64,000 nucleotides of DNA from Oikopleura dioica (taxonomy: Eukaryota > Animalia > Chordata). Shown here piece by piece: positions 1 to 13,700 of this stretch. Made by a program: the position numbers and the translations under genes. Numbering within the stretch: the stretch's first letter is position 1; each line of letters opens with the position of its first letter. The notes beneath the pieces are model-generated. The model was not told where the DNA came from and did no database searches. It worked only from the letters and a program-made list of their open reading frames with translations. Location of the stretch: the NCBI GenBank assembly GCA_907165135.1, contig OU015567.1, forward strand, positions 5,704,001-5,768,000. Reading direction: 5' to 3'.

Positions 1-2949
1 GCTAGGGTTATCATTAAGTTGAGAGGAGGCGTCAAGTGGTAAGAATTTTACGAAGGGGTTCTCATTAAGTTGAGAGTAAAACCGGTTTCTGCCGGTTTGT
101 GATTAGGGTAAGGAATTTGGATAAGGTTCAAGATAGTTTGAGAGTATTTTAGGCGTCAAGTGGTAAGAATTTTACGAGGTTAGGGTTATCATTAAGTTGA
201 AGCTTAGGTTATGCTTTCAGAGGGTCCAAGTTAGTTTAAAAGCGTGGGCGCGTGGCTAGGGTTATCATTAAGTTGAGAGGAGGCGTCAAGTGGTAAGAAT
301 TTTACGAAGGGGTTCTCATTAAGTTGAGAGTAAAACCGGTTTCTGCCGGTTTGTGATTAGGGTAAGGAATTTGGATAAGGTTCAAGATAGTTTGAGAGTA
401 TTTTAGGCGTCAAGTGGTAAGAATTTTACGAGGTTAGGGTTATCATTAAGTTGAAGCTTAGGTTATGCTTTCAGAGGGTCCAAGTTAGTTTAAAAGCGTG
501 GGCGCGTGGCTAGGGTTATCATTAAGTTGAGAGGAGGCGTCAAGTGGTAAGAATTTTACGAAGGGGTTCTCATTAAGTTGAGAGTAAAACCGGTTTCTGC
601 CGGTTTGTGATTAGGGTAAGGAATTTGGATAAGGTTCAAGATAGTTTGAGAGTATTTTAGGCGTCAAGTGGTAAGAATTTTACGAGGTTAGGGTTATCAT
701 TAAGTTGAAGCTTAGGTTATGCTTTCAGAGGGTCCAAGTTAGTTTAAAAGCGTGGGCGCGTGGCTAGGGTTATCATTAAGTTGAGAGGAGGCGTCAAGTG
801 GTAAGAATTTTACGAAGGGGTTCTCATTAAGTTGAGAGTAAAACCGGTTTCTGCCGGTTTGTGATTAGGGTAAGGAATTTGGATAAGGTTCAAGATAGTT
901 TGAGAGTATTTTAGGCGTCAAGTGGTAAGAATTTTACGAGGTTAGGGTTATCATTAAGTTGAAGCTTAGGTTATGCTTTCAGAGGGTCCAAGTTAGTTTA
1001 AAAGCGTGGGCGCGTGGCTAGGGTTATCATTAAGTTGAGAGGAGGCGTCAAGTGGTAAGAATTTTACGAAGGGGTTCTCATTAAGTTGAGAGTAAAACCG
1101 GTTTCTGCCGGTTTGTGATTAGGGTAAGGAATTTGGATAAGGTTCAAGATAGTTTGAGAGTATTTTAGGCGTCAAGTGGTAAGAATTTTACGAGGTTAGG
1201 GTTATCATTAAGTTGAAGCTTAGGTTATGCTTTCAGAGGGTCCAAGTTAGTTTAAAAGCGTGGGCGCGTGGCTAGGGTTATCATTAAGTTGAGAGGAGGC
1301 GTCAAGTGGTAAGAATTTTACGAAGGGGTTCTCATTAAGTTGAGAGTAAAACCGGTTTCTGCCGGTTTGTGATTAGGGTAAGGAATTTGGATAAGGTTCA
1401 AGATAGTTTGAGAGTATTTTAGGCGTCAAGTGGTAAGAATTTTACGAGGTTAGGGTTATCATTAAGTTGAAGCTTAGGTTATGCTTTCAGAGGGTCCAAG
1501 TTAGTTTAAAAGCGTGGGCGCGTGGCTAGGGTTATCATTAAGTTGAGAGGAGGCGTCAAGTGGTAAGAATTTTACGAAGGGGTTCTCATTAAGTTGAGAG
1601 TAAAACCGGTTTCTGCCGGTTTGTGATTAGGGTAAGGAATTTGGATAAGGTTCAAGATAGTTTGAGAGTATTTTAGGCGTCAAGTGGTAAGAATTTTACG
1701 AGGTTAGGGTTATCATTAAGTTGAAGCTTAGGTTATGCTTTCAGAGGGTCCAAGTTAGTTTAAAAGCGTGGGCGCGTGGCTAGGGTTATCATTAAGTTGA
1801 GAGGAGGCGTCAAGTGGTAAGAATTTTACGAAGGGGGTTCTCATTAAGTTGAGAGTAAAACCGGTTTCTGCCGGTTTGTGATTAGGGTAAGGAATTTGGA
1901 TAAGGTTCAAGATAGTTTGAGAGTATTTTAGGCGTCAAGTGGTAAGAATTTTACGAGGTTAGGGTTATCATTAAGTTGAAGCTTAGGTTATGCTTTCAGA
2001 GGGTCCAAGTTAGTTTAAAAGCGTGGGCGCGTGGCTAGGGTTATCATTAAGTTGAGAGGAGGCGTCAAGTGGTAAGAATTTTACGAAGGGGTTCTCATTA
2101 AGTTGAGAGTAAAACCGGTTTCTGCCGGTTTGTGATTAGGGTAAGGAATTTGGATAAGGTTCAAGATAGTTTGAGAGTATTTTAGGCGTCAAGTGGTAAG
2201 AATTTTACGAGGTTAGGGTTATCATTAAGTTGAAGCTTAGGTTATGCTTTCAGAGGGTCCAAGTTAGTTTAAAAGCGTGGGCGCGTGGCTAGGGTTATCA
2301 TTAAGTTGAGAGGAGGCGTCAAGTGGTAAGAATTTTACGAAGGGGTTCTCATTAAGTTGAGAGTAAAACCGGTTTCTGCCGGTTTGTGATTAGGGTAAGG
2401 AATTTGGATAAGGTTCAAGATAGTTTGAGAGTATTTTAGGCGTCAAGTGGTAAGAATTTTACGAGGTTAGGGTTATCATTAAGTTGAAGCTTAGGTTATG
2501 CTTTCAGAGGGTCCAAGTTAGTTTAAAAGCGTGGGCGCGTGGCTAGGGTTATCATTAAGTTGAGAGGAGGCGTCAAGTGGTAAGAATTTTACGAAGGGGG
2601 TTCTCATTAAGTTGAGAGTAAAACCGGTTTCTGCCGGTTTGTGATTAGGGTAAGGAATTTGGATAAGGTTCAAGATAGTTTGAGAGTATTTTAGGCGTCA
2701 AGTGGTAAGAATTTTACGAGGTTAGGGTTATCATTAAGTTGAAGCTTAGGTTATGCTTTCAGAGGGTCCAAGTTAGTTTAAAAGCGTGGGCGCGTGGCTA
2801 GGGTTATCATTAAGTTGAGAGGAGGCGTCAAGTGGTAAGAATTTTACGAAGGGGTTCTCATTAAGTTGAGAGTAAAACCGGTTTCTGCCGGTTTGTGATT
2901 AGGGTAAGGAATTTGGATAAGGTTCAAGATAGTTTGAGAGTATTTTAGG
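1..2949. repeat. Subtelomeric tandem satellite, 254-bp unit, ~11.6 copies (array starts before the window)
   Basis: GCTAGGGTTATCATTAAG recurs at 1, 255, 509, 763 ... 2797; two units carry one extra G; each unit holds three GGGTT(A/C)TCATTAAGTTGA sub-repeats. Confidence 0.98.
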
Positions 2950-3008
2950 GTTAGGGTTAGGGTTAGGGTTAGGGTTAGGGTTAGGGTTAGGGGGTAGGGT
3001 TAGGGTTA
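2945..3008 (+). repeat. Telomeric repeat (TTAGGG)n, end of left contig
   Basis: Tandem TTAGGG hexamers (one variant) running into the N gap. Confidence 0.97.
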
Positions 3009-3508
3009 NNNNNNNNNNNNNNNNNNNNNNNNNNNNNNNNNNNNNNNNNNNNNNNNNNNNNNNNNNNNNNNNNNNNNNNNNNNNNNNNNNNNNNNNNNNN
3101 NNNNNNNNNNNNNNNNNNNNNNNNNNNNNNNNNNNNNNNNNNNNNNNNNNNNNNNNNNNNNNNNNNNNNNNNNNNNNNNNNNNNNNNNNNNNNNNNNNNN
3201 NNNNNNNNNNNNNNNNNNNNNNNNNNNNNNNNNNNNNNNNNNNNNNNNNNNNNNNNNNNNNNNNNNNNNNNNNNNNNNNNNNNNNNNNNNNNNNNNNNNN
3301 NNNNNNNNNNNNNNNNNNNNNNNNNNNNNNNNNNNNNNNNNNNNNNNNNNNNNNNNNNNNNNNNNNNNNNNNNNNNNNNNNNNNNNNNNNNNNNNNNNNN
3401 NNNNNNNNNNNNNNNNNNNNNNNNNNNNNNNNNNNNNNNNNNNNNNNNNNNNNNNNNNNNNNNNNNNNNNNNNNNNNNNNNNNNNNNNNNNNNNNNNNNN
3501 NNNNNNNN
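3009..3508. other. Assembly gap (500 N)
   Basis: Exactly 500 consecutive N. Confidence 1.
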
Positions 3509-4148
3509 CCTAACCCTAACCAAACCCTAACCCTAACCTAACCTAACCTAACCCTAACCCTAACCTAACCCTAACCCTAACCCTAACCTAACCCTAACCC
3601 TAACCCTAACCCTAACCCTAACCTAACCCTAACCTAACCCTAACCTAACCCTAACTAACCCTAACCCTAACCTAACCCTAACCCTAACCCTACCTAACCC
3701 TAACCTAACCTAACCTAACCCTAACCCTAACCCTAACCCTAACCCTAACCCTAACCCTAACCCTAACCTAACCCTAACCCTAACCCTAACCCTAACCTAA
3801 CCCTAACCTAACCTAACCTAACCCTAACCCTAACCTAACCCTAACCCTAACCCTAACCCTAACCCTAACCCTAACCCTAACCTAACCCTAACCCTAACCC
3901 TAACCTAACCTAACCTAACCCTAACCCTAACCCTAACCCTAACCCTAACCCTAACCTAACCCTAACCCTAACCCTAACCTAACCCTAACCCTAACCCTAA
4001 CCCTAACCTAACCCTAACCCTAACCCTAACCCTAACCTAACCTAACCCTAACCTAACCCTAACCCTAACCCTAACCCTAACCCTAACCCTAACCCTAACC
4101 CTAACCCTAACCCTAACCCTAACCCTAACCCTAACCCTAACCCTAACC

Positions 4149-4189
<41 letters not shown>

Positions 4190-4747
4190 CCCTAACCCTA
4201 ACCCTAACCCTAACCCTAACCCTAACCCTAACCCTAACCCTAACCCTAACCCTAACCCTAACCCTAACCCTAACCCTAACCCTAACCCTAACCCTAACCC
4301 TAACCCTAACCCTAACCCTAACCCTAACCCTAACCCTAACCCTAACCCTAACCCTAACCCTAACCCTAACCCTAACCCTAACCCTAACCCTAACCCTAAC
4401 CCTAACCCTAACCCTAACCCTAACCCTAACCCTAACCCTAACCCTAACCCTAACCCTAACCCTAACCCTAACCCTAACCCTAACCCTAACCCTAACCCTA
4501 ACCCTAACCCTAACCCTAACCCTAACCCTAACCCTAACCCTAACCCCTAACCCTAACCCAACCCTAACCCTAACCCTAACCCTAACCCTAACCCTAACCC
4601 TAACCCTAACCCTAACCCTAACCCTAACCCTAACCCTAACCCTAACCCTAACCCTAACCCTAACCCTAACCCTAACCCTAACCCTAACCCTAACCCTAAC
4701 CCTAACCCTAACCCTAACCCTAACCCTAACCCTAACCCTAACCCTAA
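3509..4747 (-). repeat. Telomeric repeat (CCCTAA)n, start of right contig
   Basis: ~1.24 kb of CCCTAA; CCTAA variants in the distal ~550 bp, near-perfect array proximally. Confidence 0.98.
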
Positions 4748-7700
4748 CACTCTCACCTTAACAAGAACCCTTATTAAACCTAGCGACAACACAGGGAGAA
4801 CACTCTCACCTTAACAAGAACCCTTATTAAACCTAGCGACAACACAGGGAGAACACTCTCACCTTAACAAGAACCCTTATTAAACCTAGCGACAACACAG
4901 GGAGAACACTCTCACCTTAACAAGAACCCTTATTAAACCTAGCGACAACACAGGGAGAACACTCTCACCTTAACAAGAACCCTTATTAAACCTAGCGACA
5001 ACACAGGGAGAACACTCTCACCTTAACAAGAACCCTTATTAAACCTAGCGACAACACAGGGAGAACACTCTCACCTTAACAAGAACCCTTATTAAACCTA
5101 GCGACAACACAGGAGAACACTCTCACCTTAACAAGAACCCTTATTAAACCTAGCGACAACACAGGGAGAACACTCTCACCTTAACAAGAACCCTTATTAA
5201 ACCTAGCGACAACACAGGGAGAACACTCTCACCTTAACAAGAACCCTTATTAAACCTAGCGACAACACAGGGAGAACACTCTCACCTTAACAAGAACCCT
5301 TATTAAACCTAGCGACAACACAGGGAGAACACTCTCACCTTAACAAGAACCCTTATTAAACCTAGCGACAACACAGGGAGAACACTCTCACCTTAACAAG
5401 AACCCTTATTAAACCTAGCGACAACACAGGAGAACACTCTCACCTTAACAAGAACCCTTATTAAACCTAGCGACAACACAGGGAGAACACTCTCACCTTA
5501 ACAAGAACCCTTATTAAACCTAGCGACAACACAGGGAGAACACTCTCACCTTAACAAGAACCCTTATTAAACCTAGCGACAACACAGGGAGAACACTCTC
5601 ACCTTAACAAGAACCCTTATTAAACCTAGCGACAACACAGGGAGAACACTCTCACCTTAACAAGAACCCTTATTAAACCTAGCGACAACACAGGAGAACA
5701 CTCTCACCTTAACAAGAACCCTTATTAAACCTAGCGACAACACAGGGAGAACACTCTCACCTTAACAAGAACCCTTATTAAACCTAGCGACAACACAGGA
5801 GAACACTCTCACCTTAACAAGAACCCTTATTAAACCTAGCGACAACACAGGGAGAACACTCTCACCTTAACAAGAACCCTTATTAAACCTAGCGACAACA
5901 CAGGGAGAACACTCTCACCTTAACAAGAACCCTTATTAAACCTAGCGACAACACAGGGAGAACACTCTCACCTTAACAAGAACCCTTATTAAACCTAGCG
6001 ACAACACAGGGAGAACACTCTCACCTTAACAAGAACCCTTATTAAACCTAGCGACAACACAGGGAGAACACTCTCACCTTAACAAGAACCCTTATTAAAC
6101 CTAGCGACAACACAGGAGAACACTCTCACCTTAACAAGAACCCTTATTAAACCTAGCGACAACACAGGGAGAACACTCTCACCTTAACAAGAACCCTTAT
6201 TAAACCTAGCGACAACACAGGGAGAACACTCTCACCTTAACAAGAACCCTTATTAAACCTAGCGACAACACAGGGAGAACACTCTCACCTTAACAAGAAC
6301 CCTTATTAAACCTAGCGACAACACAGGGAGAACACTCTCACCTTAACAAGAACCCTTATTAAACCTAGCGACAACACAGGGAGAACACTCTCACCTTAAC
6401 AAGAACCCTTATTAAACCTAGCGACAACACAGGGAGAACACTCTCACCTTAACAAGAACCCTTATTAAACCTAGCGACAACACAGGGAGAACACTCTCAC
6501 CTTAACAAGAACCCTTATTAAACCTAGCGACAACACAGGAGAACACTCTCACCTTAACAAGAACCCTTATTAAACCTAGCGACAACACAGGGAGAACACT
6601 CTCACCTTAACAAGAACCCTTATTAAACCTAGCGACAACACAGGGAGAACACTCTCACCTTAACAAGAACCCTTATTAAACCTAGCGACAACACAGGGAG
6701 AACACTCTCACCTTAACAAGAACCCTTATTAAACCTAGCGACAACACAGGGAGAACACTCTCACCTTAACAAGAACCCTTATTAAACCTAGCGACAACAC
6801 AGGAGAACACTCTCACCTTAACAAGAACCCTTATTAAACCTAGCGACAACACAGGGAGAACACTCTCACCTTAACAAGAACCCTTATTAAACCTAGCGAC
6901 AACACAGGGAGAACACTCTCACCTTAACAAGAACCCTTATTAAACCTAGCGACAACACAGGGAGAACACTCTCACCTTAACAAGAACCCTTATTAAACCT
7001 AGCGACAACACAGGAGAACACTCTCACCTTAACAAGAACCCTTATTAAACCTAGCGACAACACAGGGAGAACACTCTCACCTTAACAAGAACCCTTATTA
7101 AACCTAGCGACAACACAGGAGAACACTCTCACCTTAACAAGAACCCTTATTAAACCTAGCGACAACACAGGGAGAACACTCTCACCTTAACAAGAACCCT
7201 TATTAAACCTAGCGACAACACAGGGAGAACACTCTCACCTTAACAAGAACCCTTATTAAACCTAGCGACAACACAGGAGAACACTCTCACCTTAACAAGA
7301 ACCCTTATTAAACCTAGCGACAACACAGGGAGAACACTCTCACCTTAACAAGAACCCTTATTAAACCTAGCGACAACACAGGAGAACACTCTCACCTTAA
7401 CAAGAACCCTTATTAAACCTAGCGACAACACAGGGAGAACACTCTCACCTTAACAAGAACCCTTATTAAACCTAGCGACAACACAGGAGAACACTCTCAC
7501 CTTAACAAGAACCCTTATTAAACCTAGCGACAACACAGGAGAACACTCTCACCTTAACAAGAACCCTTATTAAACCTAGCGACAACACAGGAGAACACTC
7601 TCACCTTAACAAGAACCCTTATTAAACCTAGCGACAACACAGGGAGAACACTCTCACCTTAACAAGAACCCTTATTAAACCTAGCGACAACACAGGGAGA

Positions 7701-10700
7701 ACACTCTCACCTTAACAAGAACCCTTATTAAACCTAGCGACAACACAGGGAGAACACTCTCACCTTAACAAGAACCCTTATTAAACCTAGCGACAACACA
7801 GGGAGAACACTCTCACCTTAACAAGAACCCTTATTAAACCTAGCGACAACACAGGGAGAACACTCTCACCTTAACAAGAACCCTTATTAAACCTAGCGAC
7901 AACACAGGGAGAACACTCTCACCTTAACAAGAACCCTTATTAAACCTAGCGACAACACAGGAGAACACTCTCACCTTAACAAGAACCCTTATTAAACCTA
8001 GCGACAACACAGGAGAACACTCTCACCTTAACAAGAACCCTTATTAAACCTAGCGACAACACAGGGAGAACACTCTCACCTTAACAAGAACCCTTATTAA
8101 ACCTAGCGACAACACAGGGAGAACACTCTCACCTTAACAAGAACCCTTATTAAACCTAGCGACAACACAGGGAGAACACTCTCACCTTAACAAGAACCCT
8201 TATTAAACCTAGCGACAACACAGGGAGAACACTCTCACCTTAACAAGAACCCTTATTAAACCTAGCGACAACACAGGAGAACACTCTCACCTTAACAAGA
8301 ACCCTTATTAAACCTAGCGACAACACAGGGAGAACACTCTCACCTTAACAAGAACCCTTATTAAACCTAGCGACAACACAGGGAGAACACTCTCACCTTA
8401 ACAAGAACCCTTATTAAACCTAGCGACAACACAGGGAGAACACTCTCACCTTAACAAGAACCCTTATTAAACCTAGCGACAACACAGGGAGAACACTCTC
8501 ACCTTAACAAGAACCCTTATTAAACCTAGCGACAACACAGGGAGAACACTCTCACCTTAACAAGAACCCTTATTAAACCTAGCGACAACACAGGGAGAAC
8601 ACTCTCACCTTAACAAGAACCCTTATTAAACCTAGCGACAACACAGGAGAACACTCTCACCTTAACAAGAACCCTTATTAAACCTAGCGACAACACAGGA
8701 GAACACTCTCACCTTAACAAGAACCCTTATTAAACCTAGCGACAACACAGGGAGAACACTCTCACCTTAACAAGAACCCTTATTAAACCTAGCGACAACA
8801 CAGGGAGAACACTCTCACCTTAACAAGAACCCTTATTAAACCTAGCGACAACACAGGAGAACACTCTCACCTTAACAAGAACCCTTATTAAACCTAGCGA
8901 CAACACAGGGAGAACACTCTCACCTTAACAAGAACCCTTATTAAACCTAGCGACAACACAGGGAGAACACTCTCACCTTAACAAGAACCCTTATTAAACC
9001 TAGCGACAACACAGGGAGAACACTCTCACCTTAACAAGAACCCTTATTAAACCTAGCGACAACACAGGAGAACACTCTCACCTTAACAAGAACCCTTATT
9101 AAACCTAGCGACAACACAGGAGAACACTCTCACCTTAACAAGAACCCTTATTAAACCTAGCGACAACACAGGAGAACACTCTCACCTTAACAAGAACCCT
9201 TATTAAACCTAGCGACAACACAGGGAGAACACTCTCACCTTAACAAGAACCCTTATTAAACCTAGCGACAACACAGGAGAACACTCTCACCTTAACAAGA
9301 ACCCTTATTAAACCTAGCGACAACACAGGGAGAACACTCTCACCTTAACAAGAACCCTTATTAAACCTAGCGACAACACAGGGAGAACACTCTCACCTTA
9401 ACAAGAACCCTTATTAAACCTAGCGACAACACAGGGAGAACACTCTCACCTTAACAAGAACCCTTATTAAACCTAGCGACAACACAGGGAGAACACTCTC
9501 ACCTTAACAAGAACCCTTATTAAACCTAGCGACAACACAGGGAGAACACTCTCACCTTAACAAGAACCCTTATTAAACCTAGCGACAACACAGGGAGAAC
9601 ACTCTCACCTTAACAAGAACCCTTATTAAACCTAGCGACAACACAGGGAGAACACTCTCACCTTAACAAGAACCCTTATTAAACCTAGCGACAACACAGG
9701 AGAACACTCTCACCTTAACAAGAACCCTTATTAAACCTAGCGACAACACAGGGAGAACACTCTCACCTTAACAAGAACCCTTATTAAACCTAGCGACAAC
9801 ACAGGGAGAACACTCTCACCTTAACAAGAACCCTTATTAAACCTAGCGACAACACAGGGAGAACACTCTCACCTTAACAAGAACCCTTATTAAACCTAGC
9901 GACAACACAGGAGAACACTCTCACCTTAACAAGAACCCTTATTAAACCTAGCGACAACACAGGGAGAACACTCTCACCTTAACAAGAACCCTTATTAAAC
10001 CTAGCGACAACACAGGGAGAACACTCTCACCTTAACAAGAACCCTTATTAAACCTAGCGACAACACAGGGAGAACACTCTCACCTTAACAAGAACCCTTA
10101 TTAAACCTAGCGACAACACAGGGAGAACACTCTCACCTTAACAAGAACCCTTATTAAACCTAGCGACAACACAGGGAGAACACTCTCACCTTAACAAGAA
10201 CCCTTATTAAACCTAGCGACAACACAGGGAGAACACTCTCACCTTAACAAGAACCCTTATTAAACCTAGCGACAACACAGGGAGAACACTCTCACCTTAA
10301 CAAGAACCCTTATTAAACCTAGCGACAACACAGGGAGAACACTCTCACCTTAACAAGAACCCTTATTAAACCTAGCGACAACACAGGGAGAACACTCTCA
10401 CCTTAACAAGAACCCTTATTAAACCTAGCGACAACACAGGGAGAACACTCTCACCTTAACAAGAACCCTTATTAAACCTAGCGACAACACAGGGAGAACA
10501 CTCTCACCTTAACAAGAACCCTTATTAAACCTAGCGACAACACAGGGAGAACACTCTCACCTTAACAAGAACCCTTATTAAACCTAGCGACAACACAGGG
10601 AGAACACTCTCACCTTAACAAGAACCCTTATTAAACCTAGCGACAACACAGGAGAACACTCTCACCTTAACAAGAACCCTTATTAAACCTAGCGACAACA

Positions 10701-13700
10701 CAGGGAGAACACTCTCACCTTAACAAGAACCCTTATTAAACCTAGCGACAACACAGGGAGAACACTCTCACCTTAACAAGAACCCTTATTAAACCTAGCG
10801 ACAACACAGGGAGAACACTCTCACCTTAACAAGAACCCTTATTAAACCTAGCGACAACACAGGGAGAACACTCTCACCTTAACAAGAACCCTTATTAAAC
10901 CTAGCGACAACACAGGAGAACACTCTCACCTTAACAAGAACCCTTATTAAACCTAGCGACAACACAGGGAGAACACTCTCACCTTAACAAGAACCCTTAT
11001 TAAACCTAGCGACAACACAGGGAGAACACTCTCACCTTAACAAGAACCCTTATTAAACCTAGCGACAACACAGGAGAACACTCTCACCTTAACAAGAACC
11101 CTTATTAAACCTAGCGACAACACAGGGAGAACACTCTCACCTTAACAAGAACCCTTATTAAACCTAGCGACAACACAGGGAGAACACTCTCACCTTAACA
11201 AGAACCCTTATTAAACCTAGCGACAACACAGGGAGAACACTCTCACCTTAACAAGAACCCTTATTAAACCTAGCGACAACACAGGGAGAACACTCTCACC
11301 TTAACAAGAACCCTTATTAAACCTAGCGACAACACAGGGAGAACACTCTCACCTTAACAAGAACCCTTATTAAACCTAGCGACAACACAGGGAGAACACT
11401 CTCACCTTAACAAGAACCCTTATTAAACCTAGCGACAACACAGGGAGAACACTCTCACCTTAACAAGAACCCTTATTAAACCTAGCGACAACACAGGGAG
11501 AACACTCTCACCTTAACAAGAACCCTTATTAAACCTAGCGACAACACAGGGAGAACACTCTCACCTTAACAAGAACCCTTATTAAACCTAGCGACAACAC
11601 AGGAGAACACTCTCACCTTAACAAGAACCCTTATTAAACCTAGCGACAACACAGGGAGAACACTCTCACCTTAACAAGAACCCTTATTAAACCTAGCGAC
11701 AACACAGGGAGAACACTCTCACCTTAACAAGAACCCTTATTAAACCTAGCGACAACACAGGGAGAACACTCTCACCTTAACAAGAACCCTTATTAAACCT
11801 AGCGACAACACAGGGAGAACACTCTCACCTTAACAAGAACCCTTATTAAACCTAGCGACAACACAGGGAGAACACTCTCACCTTAACAAGAACCCTTATT
11901 AAACCTAGCGACAACACAGGGAGAACACTCTCACCTTAACAAGAACCCTTATTAAACCTAGCGACAACACAGGGAGAACACTCTCACCTTAACAAGAACC
12001 CTTATTAAACCTAGCGACAACACAGGAGAACACTCTCACCTTAACAAGAACCCTTATTAAACCTAGCGACAACACAGGGAGAACACTCTCACCTTAACAA
12101 GAACCCTTATTAAACCTAGCGACAACACAGGGAGAACACTCTCACCTTAACAAGAACCCTTATTAAACCTAGCGACAACACAGGAGAACACTCTCACCTT
12201 AACAAGAACCCTTATTAAACCTAGCGACAACACAGGAGAACACTCTCACCTTAACAAGAACCCTTATTAAACCTAGCGACAACACAGGAGAACACTCTCA
12301 CCTTAACAAGAACCCTTATTAAACCTAGCGACAACACAGGGAGAACACTCTCACCTTAACAAGAACCCTTATTAAACCTAGCGACAACACAGGGAGAACA
12401 CTCTCACCTTAACAAGAACCCTTATTAAACCTAGCGACAACACAGGGAGAACACTCTCACCTTAACAAGAACCCTTATTAAACCTAGCGACAACACAGGG
12501 AGAACACTCTCACCTTAACAAGAACCCTTATTAAACCTAGCGACAACACAGGGAGAACACTCTCACCTTAACAAGAACCCTTATTAAACCTAGCGACAAC
12601 ACAGGAGAACACTCTCACCTTAACAAGAACCCTTATTAAACCTAGCGACAACACAGGGAGAACACTCTCACCTTAACAAGAACCCTTATTAAACCTAGCG
12701 ACAACACAGGGAGAACACTCTCACCTTAACAAGAACCCTTATTAAACCTAGCGACAACACAGGAGAACACTCTCACCTTAACAAGAACCCTTATTAAACC
12801 TAGCGACAACACAGGGAGAACACTCTCACCTTAACAAGAACCCTTATTAAACCTAGCGACAACACAGGGAGAACACTCTCACCTTAACAAGAACCCTTAT
12901 TAAACCTAGCGACAACACAGGGAGAACACTCTCACCTTAACAAGAACCCTTATTAAACCTAGCGACAACACAGGAGAACACTCTCACCTTAACAAGAACC
13001 CTTATTAAACCTAGCGACAACACAGGGAGAACACTCTCACCTTAACAAGAACCCTTATTAAACCTAGCGACAACACAGGAGAACACTCTCACCTTAACAA
13101 GAACCCTTATTAAACCTAGCGACAACACAGGGAGAACACTCTCACCTTAACAAGAACCCTTATTAAACCTAGCGACAACACAGGGAGAACACTCTCACCT
13201 TAACAAGAACCCTTATTAAACCTAGCGACAACACAGGGAGAACACTCTCACCTTAACAAGAACCCTTATTAAACCTAGCGACAACACAGGGAGAACACTC
13301 TCACCTTAACAAGAACCCTTATTAAACCTAGCGACAACACAGGAGAACACTCTCACCTTAACAAGAACCCTTATTAAACCTAGCGACAACACAGGGAGAA
13401 CACTCTCACCTTAACAAGAACCCTTATTAAACCTAGCGACAACACAGGAGAACACTCTCACCTTAACAAGAACCCTTATTAAACCTAGCGACAACACAGG
13501 GAGAACACTCTCACCTTAACAAGAACCCTTATTAAACCTAGCGACAACACAGGGAGAACACTCTCACCTTAACAAGAACCCTTATTAAACCTAGCGACAA
13601 CACAGGGAGAACACTCTCACCTTAACAAGAACCCTTATTAAACCTAGCGACAACACAGGGAGAACACTCTCACCTTAACAAGAACCCTTATTAAACCTAG

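Noticed and set aside
2987-4792. ORFs of 178 aa and 79 aa (VRVRV / LGLGLG)
   Set aside because: Translations of telomeric hexamers and N bases
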